Source: Myxococcota bacterium (GTDB lineage: Bacteria > Myxococcota_A > UBA9160 > UBA4427). From it: 64,000 nt of DNA. Each line of letters starts with the position of its first letter. The first letter of the stretch is position 1. Under the pieces are notes generated by a model. That model saw nothing but the letters and a program-made list of their open reading frames with translations. It did no database searches and was not told the origin of the DNA. A program made the translations under genes and the position numbers. Positions 1-9,037 of this stretch are shown in pieces. The DNA is taken from contig OZ252299.1 in assembly GCA_965250285.1 (NCBI GenBank), positions 1,568,001 to 1,632,000 on the forward strand. Direction: 5' to 3'.

Positions 1-1311
1 CATGTCTTCGGGGGCGTCGGTGTACTCGCCTTCTTCGCGCAGCCAGCGTTCGATCGCGGCCGCTCGGTCGGCGTCGGTCACGGCTTCGCGCGTGATGCGG
101 TCGGCCAGCGCGAGGACGCTCGGGTCGAAGCTCGGCAGATCGAGATACCGCGCCTGGCGGAGCTGCGCGCGGGGACCCGTTTCGCGCGGGGGCGCCGCGG
201 CGTCGCTGCGCAGCGTCTCGAGGTCGGGGCGATCGTGCGCCGTCCAGACCGTGTAGCGGACGCGCTCGTCGGTTTGTGCCGGGTCGTAGACGCCGCCGTT
301 GGTGTCGCGTTCGAGTTGCTTGAGCGGCCCCTCGAGCCGACGGATGGGTCCAGCCGCGAAGACGACGCCCGCCTCGACGGGCTCACGCACGATGCGTTCG
401 ACCCGTCCGCCCTGGGTCGGACCGCCCCGAACGTTCATGCCGAAGCGGGCGTGGCCGTTCAGCAGCTCGCGGTCGTAGCCGGCGGAGAAGGATGAGATCG
501 ACCAGCGGCGGCCATCGAAGCGGTCGAACGCGAGGCCGCGCCAGTACGCGTCGATGGGGTCGGCCGGCTGGCCCTCGACGGTCTCGACACGGAGCACCAC
601 GGTGTCGTCCTGGCGAATCCGACCGATCGTGCCCAGCTCGACGTGGTCGGAGAAGCCCGCCATCGCGAGGGGGCCGGCGGCCCCGCCGCGAATCAGGGTG
701 GTCTTGAGGCGCGGCAGCGCCATGAAGAAAACGGATGCCAGGGCCAGCGAGAGCAGCGTCGCGATCGCGGTCGTGCGCACCAGGCCGCCCGTCACGACGT
801 GACGGGCGCCGTTCACGTCGCCCGCCTCGAGCGCCTCGGTGCGGAGCGTATGGATCATCAGCGTCCAGGTGACGCTGACGAGAAACGTCACGAGGAGCGG
901 CGGGAAGAGCACGCTGTCGGTCAGGTTCGAGGCCAGCACGACCTGGAAGAGCGCGAGCGCGACGAGCAGGAACTCGCTCTTGCGTGGGCGGGCATCGAGG
1001 AGCTGCAGCGCCTGGCTGAGGGCGGCGAAGTGCGCGAGCGACAGCGTCGCCGGGGTGCCCCGCATCGCGAGGGCCACGGTGAGGCCCGTGATCCCGAGCA
1101 TGCCGAGGTTCAGCACGATCGGGTTGCGGCGCCAGGCGGGCGGGTGTTCGCGCGTCGCGAACGATATGCCGAGCCCCAGCGCCTGAACGACGATCACGGG
1201 GATCATGAGCTCGCCCGTCGCCCACAGCGCCGCGCTGGCGACGGTCGCCATCACCCAGGCCGAGACCGGGCGCGGCAGGTCGACGCGCACGCGTCCTTCG
1301 GCGCGGCTCAA
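1..1311 (-). CDS. DUF3488/transglutaminase (TgpA-like) membrane protein, truncated at window edge
   Basis: Translated by hand from TTG at 1311, which overlaps the DUF58 stop: MSRAEGRVRVDLPRPVSAWVMATVASAALW..., several TM segments, then 'GFSDHVELGTIGRIRQDDTVVLRV' and 'YWRGLAFDRFDGRRW'. It is the third gene of a typical MoxR-DUF58-TGase operon. Confidence 0.85.
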   Translation of the reverse strand, partial: MSRAEGRVRVDLPRPVSAWVMATVASAALWATGELMIPVIVVQALGLGISFATREHPPAWRRNPIVLNLGMLGITGLTVALAMRGTPATLSLAHFAALSQALQLLDARPRKSEFLLVALALFQVVLASNLTDSVLFPPLLVTFLVSVTWTLMIHTLRTEALEAGDVNGARHVVTGGLVRTTAIATLLSLALASVFFMALPRLKTTLIRGGAAGPLAMAGFSDHVELGTIGRIRQDDTVVLRVETVEGQPADPIDAYWRGLAFDRFDGRRWSISSFSAGYDRELLNGHARFGMNVRGGPTQGGRVERIVREPVEAGVVFAAGPIRRLEGPLKQLERDTNGGVYDPAQTDERVRYTVWTAHDRPDLETLRSDAAAPPRETGPRAQLRQARYLDLPSFDPSVLALADRITREAVTDADRAAAIERWLREEGEYTDAPEDM

Positions 1312-2306
1312 CGGCCGGCCTCGCCCGCGTCCACGGGGCGCTCGATGAGCGCGAGGTGCCGCAACAGCGCCGACCGGTGCCAGCGCCCGAGATCGGGCGC
1401 GAAGCGTTCGCCGGGCGTGCGGAGCCCGACCCGCAGGCCCGCGTCGAGGTGGTGCACCACCTCGCTCGCGGCCCGCCGCACCTGACCTTCGAAGAGCGCG
1501 TCGGCTTCGCCCGTCGGCGTGTTCGTCTGGGGCAGCTCGACTTCGACCTCGGCGAGCAGCTCGTCCTCGGCTTCGCCGACGAAGAGCGCCCCGCGTCGCG
1601 CCGACTGACGCCATTGGACGCGGCGGAGTCCGTCGCCCGGCACGTACTCGCGCAGGCCGGCCAGCATGACGCCGCCGCCGTCGCGGGCCTGCGCGTCTTC
1701 GGCGTCGGTCGACTGGCCGGCGTCGGGCGCGGCGGGGGTGACGAGCTCGAGCTCGGGATAGACGAGCGCCTCGCGCGCTTCGTTGATCCACACGCTCTTC
1801 ACGAACAAGCCGAACGGAAAGCGCGTCGAGAGTCGGTAGCCGCCGAATGCGAGCACGCCGCGTTGCTCGGGTACGAGGGCGTAGTCGCGCTGCACGGTCT
1901 CGCCGGGCGCGATCCGGAGCGCGAAGCAGCGGCCTGCGGGCTCGCCGTGCGCGTCGCGCCCGAGCCGATCCTCGACCACGAGGGCAAACGATGCGAGACG
2001 CGGGTCGACGTTCTCGATTCGCAGCACCACGCGGTTGCGATGGCGTGCGTGCAAGTCGACGGGGAGCCGGCGGTCGACCCGGATCCCGCGGAGCGCCGCC
2101 TCGGAGAGGAAGCCTGAGAGGACCAGGAACGCCAGCATCAACGACAGCACGAGGTAGAGCAGATTGTTGCCGGTGTTCAATGCGGCGAAGCCGACGGCGA
2201 AGGTGATGCCGATGAAGAGCCAGCCGGCGCGCGAGGGGCGCAGCGACCGTCGCGCTCGCGACGTCGCGAGCCCGGTGAGTCGCGCGAGCACGCCTTGCAG
2301 CCGCAT
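1308..2306 (-). CDS. DUF58 domain protein
   Basis: 'AALNTGNNLLYL', 'STRFPFGLF', 'GLREYVPGDGLRRVQWRQSAR'. The ATG at 2306 overlaps the MoxR stop. Confidence 0.9.
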   Translation of the reverse strand: MRLQGVLARLTGLATSRARRSLRPSRAGWLFIGITFAVGFAALNTGNNLLYLVLSLMLAFLVLSGFLSEAALRGIRVDRRLPVDLHARHRNRVVLRIENVDPRLASFALVVEDRLGRDAHGEPAGRCFALRIAPGETVQRDYALVPEQRGVLAFGGYRLSTRFPFGLFVKSVWINEAREALVYPELELVTPAAPDAGQSTDAEDAQARDGGGVMLAGLREYVPGDGLRRVQWRQSARRGALFVGEAEDELLAEVEVELPQTNTPTGEADALFEGQVRRAASEVVHHLDAGLRVGLRTPGERFAPDLGRWHRSALLRHLALIERPVDAGEAGR

Positions 2307-3310
2307 CAGAAGGGGACCGGGACCCGCCCCAGCAGATCGCGCAGGACCCACCGGGCTTCTTCGGCCCCCGCGCGCGCTCCGCTGCCGGCGGCCAGCATCA
2401 CGCGGTGGGCGAGGACGTCGGCGGCGAGCTCGGCGACGTCTTCGGGGATGCAGTAGTCACGGCCGTCGACGAGGGCACGGGCCGCCGCGGCCCGCCGCAG
2501 CGCCAGAGCCCCACGCGTCGACGCGCCGAGCTCGAGCGCTTCGTTCTGGCGCGTCTCTTCGACGACGGCGAGCAGGTAACCGACAACGGCATCGTCGATC
2601 TTGACGCCGCGCGCCGCGGTCTGCAGCGCGCGCAGGCCATTGGGGTCGAGCACGGCATGGAGCGAAGCGGCCCCGCCCGCGCCGACGTCTCCCTTGAGGA
2701 CCGCCGCTTCGTCGGCTGGGTCGGGGTAGCCGATCGACAAGCGCATCAAGAAGCGGTCGAGCTGGCTCTCGGGCAGGGGATGCGTACCGTGGTGCTCGAG
2801 CGGGTTCTGGGTGGCGACGACGAAGAAGGGCTCGGGCAGGGCGTGCGTCTCGCCGTCGACGCTCACGGTGCCTTCGCTCATCGCTTCGAGCAGGGCGGAC
2901 TGACTCTTCGGGTTGGCGCGATTGACTTCGTCGGCGAGGACGACGTGGGCGAAGATCGGTCCGGGCTGAAAGCGGAACCGATCGGTGGGGCGGCCCGCCT
3001 CGAGCTCGGGGACGGTCAGACCCGTGAGGTCGCTCGGCAGCAGGTCGCTGGTGAACTGGATGCGGTGGAAGTCGCCGCCGATCGAGTGGGCGAGGGCGCG
3101 TGCGAGCGTGGTCTTGCCGACGCCGGGGACGTCTTCGAGCAGCAGGTGCCCCTCGGCGATCATGCAGACGACGGCGCGTTCGATCACGTCGCGCTTGCCG
3201 CGGATCACACGTTCGACGTTCTCGATCAGCGCTTGCGCGCTCTGCGCCGGCGTCGCGTGAGACGATCGCTCGGCGCGAGCTCGGCCGGCGCCGGCCTCTT
3301 CGGAATGCAT
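2306..3310 (-). CDS. MoxR-family AAA+ ATPase
   Basis: 'HLLLEDVPGVGKTTLA', 'RIQFTSDLLPSD', 'LADEVNRANPKSQSALLEAM', 'ATQNP', 'LPESQLDRF'. ATG at 3310 is preceded by an AGGG RBS. Confidence 0.95.
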   Translation of the reverse strand: MHSEEAGAGRARAERSSHATPAQSAQALIENVERVIRGKRDVIERAVVCMIAEGHLLLEDVPGVGKTTLARALAHSIGGDFHRIQFTSDLLPSDLTGLTVPELEAGRPTDRFRFQPGPIFAHVVLADEVNRANPKSQSALLEAMSEGTVSVDGETHALPEPFFVVATQNPLEHHGTHPLPESQLDRFLMRLSIGYPDPADEAAVLKGDVGAGGAASLHAVLDPNGLRALQTAARGVKIDDAVVGYLLAVVEETRQNEALELGASTRGALALRRAAAARALVDGRDYCIPEDVAELAADVLAHRVMLAAGSGARAGAEEARWVLRDLLGRVPVPF

Positions 3311-3507
3311 CGGTTTCCCTCGGTCGAAATGCTGCCGCCCCGTCTCTGGGCGCAGAGATCGGTCGGCCCGGTGAACGGGCCCTCGAAGCCGTTTCGGCGG
3401 CGTGCCGGACAAAGCTGAGGCTCCGCTCGGCGGCGGCGGGGGGGCGATGGGCAAGAGAGGGGCAGCCCGTACGCAGTTCGGGCGGGCAAGCGGCCGTCGC
3501 GCCGGCG

Positions 3508-5214
3508 CTAGAACGAGTACTTGAACTTGAAGAAGGCGCGCTGGTTCTTGCCCCAGCTGCGGATGGGGAAGTCCTCGCCCGGCACGTAGCCGACGAACCC
3601 GAGGGTCGCCGCGAGGCCGTCGATCACGTCGTACGTCACCTCGCCTCGCAGGATCGCGCCGCCCTGACCGCGATAACCGATCACGTACGCGAGGATCGTC
3701 GAGTGGAGCCGCGCGTTCATCCAGTCCTGCGAGATGCGCAGCGCGTACTCGACCTGATTCTCGTCGACGTAGTTCGGGAAGAACTGGAAGAGCGGGTCGT
3801 AGTCGATGATGTGCCGATTGACGACCTCGAGCGCGATCGTCGTGTCGTTGAAGCCGTAGTACTCGAACCCGACCATGGCGTCGACCCGGCCCGAGAGGAT
3901 GCGGTCGACGTCGTAGAATTGCGGGGTGGGCACCGGCTGCAAGAAGACGTAGTCGACGTCCTTGAACCAGGCGAGCTCGGCCTTGAGCAGCCAGCTGCCG
4001 AGCGTGTAGTTGCCGCCGCCTCCGACCATCGTGACGCGATCGTTCTCGAGGACGCTGAGCGCGGCCGCGCCCGGGACACCCGGCGTGAGCGTCGACCGGT
4101 TCTGGTAGATGCGGGCGACGTAGAATGAGACGTCCCAGCCGCTGAAGATGCCTTCGACGGCGCCGCCGTACTCGGGCGCCGATCCCCAGCGCGATGCGCG
4201 GCGGTCTTCGACATCGTCGGGGTCGATCGGTGAGATCAGCGGAGGCCGCGGCGGCGGAAAGTCCTGCGCGGTCGGGAGCACGAAGAAGTCGCTGCCCGCC
4301 GGCGGGTCGTAGTCGTAGCGGATCTCGGGAATCACGAGCGCGGTGAAGCGAAACGGGCCGGCGAAGTAGTCGGCCTTCGCCATCGTGGCGGGCAGCCGCA
4401 GGTTCTCGATGTCGGCGAGCCCGGGTTCGCGGTTGTCGAGCGAGTTGAGGACGTCGGTGACGCGCACCGTGTCGGACCGGCCCCAGTTGACGACCTGACG
4501 CCCGAGCTTGAGGTCGAGGCGCTCGAAGAGCGTGCCGGCGACCCAGAGGTCGAGCACCTCCGATACGAACTCGTAGTTCTTGAGGATCTCGGTCGTGTAC
4601 GACTCGCGACCGTGGATCAGGTAGGCGAAGTCGAACCAGAGAAAGCCCTGGGCCCGCAGCTGCCAGTCGTAGGGCAGATCGGCGTCGATCTGCAGATCGC
4701 CTCGCGTCCGGAGGCGCTGCAGGCCGAAGTAGTCGGTGCCGGCCAGGATCTCTTCGGGGGTGTCGCCCGGACCGATCGACGAGCGGTGCCGAAGCACGTT
4801 GAACGATCCGCCCAGGCTGAGCGAGCCGGACACGTCGTAGAACCGGTCGGCGGGCGCGGACGTCGACGCGCTCGAAGAGGCTCCCAGCTCGCCGAAGCCT
4901 TCGAGCGCCGCCTCGGTGTCGTCTTCCCCGAAGCCATCGAGGGCGGCATCGACATCGTCGTCTCCGAAGCCATCGAGGGCGGCATCGACGTCGTCGTCTC
5001 CGAAGCCATCGAGGGCGGCTTCGGTGTCGTCGTCGAAGCCCTCGAGCGCCGCCTCGGTGTCATCGAGGGCCGCCTCGGGATCCTCGAAGCCCTCGAGGGC
5101 GGCCTCGACATCATCATCGGCCGCCGCCGAGGGCCCGACGGCGAAGCCGATCAGGAGCAGGGCGCTCAACCCGGCCAGGGCGAGCTGCGTGGCCTTCGCG
5201 GGCAGCGAGGGCAT
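3508..5214 (-). CDS. DUF1302-like outer-membrane beta-barrel protein with acidic N-terminal repeats
   Basis: Signal peptide, 'LGRQVVNWGRSD..VTDVLN' motif, amphipathic beta strands, C-terminal 'KYSF'. Co-oriented with a lipoprotein-sorting protein gene. Confidence 0.7.
   Translation of the reverse strand: MPSLPAKATQLALAGLSALLLIGFAVGPSAAADDDVEAALEGFEDPEAALDDTEAALEGFDDDTEAALDGFGDDDVDAALDGFGDDDVDAALDGFGEDDTEAALEGFGELGASSSASTSAPADRFYDVSGSLSLGGSFNVLRHRSSIGPGDTPEEILAGTDYFGLQRLRTRGDLQIDADLPYDWQLRAQGFLWFDFAYLIHGRESYTTEILKNYEFVSEVLDLWVAGTLFERLDLKLGRQVVNWGRSDTVRVTDVLNSLDNREPGLADIENLRLPATMAKADYFAGPFRFTALVIPEIRYDYDPPAGSDFFVLPTAQDFPPPRPPLISPIDPDDVEDRRASRWGSAPEYGGAVEGIFSGWDVSFYVARIYQNRSTLTPGVPGAAALSVLENDRVTMVGGGGNYTLGSWLLKAELAWFKDVDYVFLQPVPTPQFYDVDRILSGRVDAMVGFEYYGFNDTTIALEVVNRHIIDYDPLFQFFPNYVDENQVEYALRISQDWMNARLHSTILAYVIGYRGQGGAILRGEVTYDVIDGLAATLGFVGYVPGEDFPIRSWGKNQRAFFKFKYSF
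4888..5118 (-). repeat. Intragenic coding repeat, about 6-7 copies of (G)DDD(V/T)(D/E)AAL(D/E)GF
   Basis: The ~36-bp unit ccgaagccatcgagggcggcatcgac(a/g)tcgtcgtct is visible in the DNA and in the translation. Confidence 0.9.
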
Positions 5215-5223
5215 GGGGCTCTC

Positions 5224-6039
5224 TCAGAGCCCCTTCTCGAGCTGCCGCACACTGAACATGTCTTCGCTCAGGTCTTGACCGAAGCGCACGTCGTGTTGAC
5301 GGATGATCGTGCTGTGAAGAGTCTGCTTGCCCTTCTTCGTGGTCATCGTCATTTCAGTGGCGACCCAGATGCCGTCGATCTCCTCGAGCTTCTTGACCTC
5401 GAGATACTTGAGCCGGCCCCCCTTCTTGACCCAGCTCACCGCGCGGATCAGCACGTGGTTGTCCTTGCGGATGAAGCCGATCGATTTCGTGTAGCCGGTC
5501 TCGTCGACCTCTTCAGGGTCGGGGATCGACTCGACCTGCCATACGGGCACGCCGCCGACCTCGGTCTCCTTCATCAGCGTGTACTCGTACCGGTCGAGAG
5601 GACGCGAGGCCATGTCGGCGTAGGTGAAGTCGCTGCCCATGAAGCTGCCGCTCTTGTCGCCCGAGGCGATGCGCTTGGTCTTCTTGAGTGCGGGCAGGTA
5701 GAGCCACTGGTCGTCGTCGCGGCTCTCGTCGTCGTAGTCGTAGGTGAGGAAGCCGGTGTCCTTCACGTCGGCTGGCGACTCGAAGAACATGATCGACTGA
5801 TCGTCGTCGCCCTTCTTCTTGCGGAACGACCGAATCTGGCGGACCCGCTCGTTGCCCCGCTTGTCGATCAGGATCATCTCCATGCGGCTCACCGAGTCGT
5901 CGCCGTCGTCGCGCTCGTCGACCCACTCCATGATCTGGCGGCCGGTCGGCGTCTCGGCGAGTGCCAGTGGTGCGGCCAGCCCGATCGCTGCGGCCACGGC
6001 CCCTGTCGTCACTGCGCGGCAGATCCGTCGAAGAAACAT
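5224..6039 (-). CDS. Outer-membrane lipoprotein-sorting (LolA-like) protein
   Basis: Signal peptide; 'FESPADVKDTGFL', 'QWLYLPALKKTKRIA', 'SFMGSDFTYADM'. Confidence 0.85.
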   Translation of the reverse strand: MFLRRICRAVTTGAVAAAIGLAAPLALAETPTGRQIMEWVDERDDGDDSVSRMEMILIDKRGNERVRQIRSFRKKKGDDDQSIMFFESPADVKDTGFLTYDYDDESRDDDQWLYLPALKKTKRIASGDKSGSFMGSDFTYADMASRPLDRYEYTLMKETEVGGVPVWQVESIPDPEEVDETGYTKSIGFIRKDNHVLIRAVSWVKKGGRLKYLEVKKLEEIDGIWVATEMTMTTKKGKQTLHSTIIRQHDVRFGQDLSEDMFSVRQLEKGL

Positions 6040-6282
6040 CGTTTTCCTCCCCCCTGCGGACGCGGTGAGTTAAACCCAGCCCGCTCGCCCGGGAAAGTGC
6101 GACGCCCGCATCCGATCGGCGCAGTCGCAGCGTGAAGTCGGCGCCGCTCGACTCCCTCGAGTTCCCCGCCGAGGGGGCCTTCGAAAGGGCCGGACGTGTC
6201 CGAACGTGATGGACCATCTCCGGGCGAGACGTCATACTCGTCGCGGGGACGTTCCGGTGGCGGCCGGACGGAGGGGGGTGGC

Positions 6283-6867
6283 ATGAAGGCGCTGATCTTC
6301 GACACCGAGACCACGGGCATGGTCAAGTGGAAGCGACCGCCCGAAGACCCGGCCCAGCCCCATCTCATTCAGCTCGCTCTGCTGCTGGTCGACACGATCG
6401 ACTGGCGGGTCATGGGCCGCTTCGCGAGCCTCGTCCAACTGCCTGAAGGCGCGTCGATCGAGCCCGAGGCGCAGGCGGCTCACGGTATTTCCGAGCAGGA
6501 GTGCAAGGAGTTCGGCATCGCGCCGATCGTCGCCTGCTCGCTCTTCAATCAGATGTGCATGCGCGCCGACGTCATTGTCGCCCACAACATGAGCTTCGAC
6601 CAGACCGTCATGTTGGCCTCACTCTATCGTGTGGGGAACAAGCCCGAGCGCATGAGCGACAAGCGCCTCATCTGCACGAAGGAAGAGAGCACCCCCGTTC
6701 TCAAGCTCCCGGGCAAGTACGGCGACTACAAGTGGCCGACGCTCGCCGAGGCCTACACGCACTACACCGGGCAGGAGCTGGTGGGTGCGCACGATGCCCT
6801 CGTCGACACCGAAGCGTGCCTCGAGGTGCTGAAGGGGCTCGTCGCCGAGGGGTCGGTCGCACTCTAG
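6283..6867 (+). CDS. DEDDh 3'-5' exonuclease (DnaQ-like)
   Basis: ExoI 'FDTETTG', ExoII 'AHNMSFD', ExoIII 'AHDALVD'. GGAGG RBS before ATG 6283. Confidence 0.9.
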   Translation: MKALIFDTETTGMVKWKRPPEDPAQPHLIQLALLLVDTIDWRVMGRFASLVQLPEGASIEPEAQAAHGISEQECKEFGIAPIVACSLFNQMCMRADVIVAHNMSFDQTVMLASLYRVGNKPERMSDKRLICTKEESTPVLKLPGKYGDYKWPTLAEAYTHYTGQELVGAHDALVDTEACLEVLKGLVAEGSVAL

Positions 6868-8075
6868 GGGGTCGGGTCGACGTCGGGCGCGTCGTCGAAG
6901 GGCTCGGTGAAGAAGGAGGCCCGCGGGTCGTCCTCTTCGGATGCGGCGATCAGCGCCGCCACGAATGCCCGCAGATCGCCGTTCATCGCCGTGAGCCGCT
7001 CGTCGTAGCGCTCGAGGTCGGCGCCGTAGGTGCCCTGCAGCGCGAGGCAGGCGTCGTTCAACCGAATCCGCTCGGAGAGCTTCTGTGGATCGCGCCCCGC
7101 GAGCGGCAACGCGGCGAGCCGGGCACGCATGTCGGCTTCGAGCGCGCTGCGTTCGGCGGCGACGTCGGGCGCCTCGCCGCGTGCGCGTCGCGACGCGGCG
7201 TCCTCGTAGAGGGCGCGAAACTCGTCGCGAAAGCCGACCAACGTCGACGCCAGCAGCCGACGGTCGGCGATGCGCGCCGCCTCGGTTGCGACCGCCATAT
7301 CGTCGCCCGCGTAGAACTGCTTGGCGGCCTCTTGCCCCACGAACTGGGCCGCCCCTTCGTTGAAGTCGGGCTGGCTGCGCACGTAGAACGTCGCGTGGAC
7401 GAGCTCGTGCACGATCGTCTCGACCAGCGCGCCGTCGCTGCGGTCGAGCATCGGTTCGGTGATCGGATCGTCGAACCACCCGAGCGTCGAGTAGGCGTCG
7501 ATCGCGAACGTGCACGCGTCGAGCCCCTTGCCGCGCAGGCGTTCGGCCTCGGCCCCGGCCTTGTCGGGGTCGAAGTAGCCCTTGTAGGGCACCTTTCCGA
7601 CGATCGGAAACCAGAATGGATCGGCGTCGACCTGCTCGGGCGGCGTCGCGACCACCGATGTGATGATGCGATCGCCCGGCCAGGCGACGAAGCTCGTGTA
7701 CTGTTGATCGACGTCGAGGCCGAGCGCACGCGCGTGTTCGCGTGCCTCCAGGACGAGCTCGAGCTTGTGCCTCAGCTCATCCGAGGTCTCGTCGCGCGCG
7801 AGCACCTCGTCGATGGGTTCGCGTGCGCGCAGCACCTTCATCTGGCCACTCGCGACATGGCTGTAGTAGCAACCGGGTAGGATCGCGAGCCACGCGAATC
7901 CGACGAAGCAGACGGCGAGCCGCCGAAGAGAGGACGCGCCCTTGAGCGATCCGGACGAGACCGCACGCTTCGTGGTTTCGGCGACCGACGCCGTCGCGCG
8001 CGAGCAGGCGATCGGCGTGGCCTGGGACTCCGGCGCCGTGGGCGTCGAAGAGCGTTCGGATCTCGAGCTCGTCAT
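6864..8075 (-). CDS. Predicted zinc aminopeptidase lipoprotein (start uncertain)
   Basis: 'AYSTLGWFDDP', HExxH 'HELVH', 'FNEGAA', lipobox-like 'LAILPGC'. Confidence 0.8.
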   Translation of the reverse strand: MTSSRSERSSTPTAPESQATPIACSRATASVAETTKRAVSSGSLKGASSLRRLAVCFVGFAWLAILPGCYYSHVASGQMKVLRAREPIDEVLARDETSDELRHKLELVLEAREHARALGLDVDQQYTSFVAWPGDRIITSVVATPPEQVDADPFWFPIVGKVPYKGYFDPDKAGAEAERLRGKGLDACTFAIDAYSTLGWFDDPITEPMLDRSDGALVETIVHELVHATFYVRSQPDFNEGAAQFVGQEAAKQFYAGDDMAVATEAARIADRRLLASTLVGFRDEFRALYEDAASRRARGEAPDVAAERSALEADMRARLAALPLAGRDPQKLSERIRLNDACLALQGTYGADLERYDERLTAMNGDLRAFVAALIAASEEDDPRASFFTEPFDDAPDVDPTP

Positions 8076-8817
8076 CTACGCACCTTCATCGGTCGTGCGT
8101 TCGCTCAGGTCGAGTCTCGTCGACGACCTTGGCGCGCGCGCCAACGTAGCCGAGCCCGAGCGCGTCGAGGTCATCGACTGGACCGAGCAGTGGAAGGAAG
8201 GGCTCGAGCCGATCGAGATCTCGCCCCGCCTCGTCGTCTCGCCCACGTTCATCGAGCTCGACGACGCGCCGGGACGCGTCGTGTTGCGCGTCGATCCGGG
8301 GCAGGCCTTCGGCACCGGCGGCCATTCGTCGACGCGGCTCGTGCTCGAGTGGGTGGCCGAGCTCGAGGCGGACGGCGCGCTTCAGGGCCGGGCGCTCGAC
8401 GTCGGCACCGGCAGCGGCGTGCTCGCGCTCGCGGCGGTGGCGCTGGGCTGCGACCAGGCGGTGGGCTTCGATCTCGATCCGCTGGCTGCCCCCGAAGCCG
8501 AGAAGTGGGCCGCGCTGAACGGGCTCGCCGCGCGCACGCGCTTCTTCACGGGGCCCGTCGAGTCGATGCTCGGCGAGCCGCCGTTCGATCTCGTGCTCGC
8601 GAATCTGCTGAAGCGCGAGGTCTTGCCGATCGCCGAGGCCATCGCGCGTTGCGTGGCGCCGGGCGGGCGGCTGGTGCTGTCGGGGCTGCTCGAAGCCGAT
8701 GGACCCGAGACCCTGCAGGCGTTCGAAGCGCACGGCCTCGAAGAAGCCGGTCGGCGGCTGCGCGTCGACGACAACGGTGACCGCTGGATCTCGCCGTGCC
8801 TCGTCGCCGCGCGCTGA
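7942..8817 (+). CDS. prmA: Ribosomal protein L11 methyltransferase
   Basis: 'DWTEQWK', 'DPGQAFGTGGHSST', 'LDVGTGSGVLA', 'DLVLANL', 'LVLSGLL'. AGAGGA RBS before the TTG. Confidence 0.9.
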   Translation: MSDPDETARFVVSATDAVAREQAIGVAWDSGAVGVEERSDLELVIYAPSSVVRSLRSSLVDDLGARANVAEPERVEVIDWTEQWKEGLEPIEISPRLVVSPTFIELDDAPGRVVLRVDPGQAFGTGGHSSTRLVLEWVAELEADGALQGRALDVGTGSGVLALAAVALGCDQAVGFDLDPLAAPEAEKWAALNGLAARTRFFTGPVESMLGEPPFDLVLANLLKREVLPIAEAIARCVAPGGRLVLSGLLEADGPETLQAFEAHGLEEAGRRLRVDDNGDRWISPCLVAAR

Positions 8818-8915
8818 GGCGGCGCCTGTCGATCGGTGCGTTTCGATGACAGCGCGCGAGCCGCTCTTCGTGGCGAATCGTCGCGGCGTGAGGATGGGGC
8901 TCGGGCAGCGCTGGC

Positions 8916-9037
8916 TCACGCCGAGCTCGCTCGCGCTCGCGCCGATGCCTTTCGCTCTCAGCTCGAGGCCGCTCGCTCTCAGCTCGAAGCCGCTCGCGCT
9001 CAGCTCGAGGCCGCTCGCTCTCAGCTCGAGGCCGCTC
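8916..9037. repeat. 21-bp tandem array copying the 3' end and stop codon of the sugar-reductase gene
   Basis: Unit tcagctcgaggccgctcgctc at 8958, 8979, 9000 and 9021 (the last is the real gene end), with decayed units at 8937 and 8916. Confidence 0.9.
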
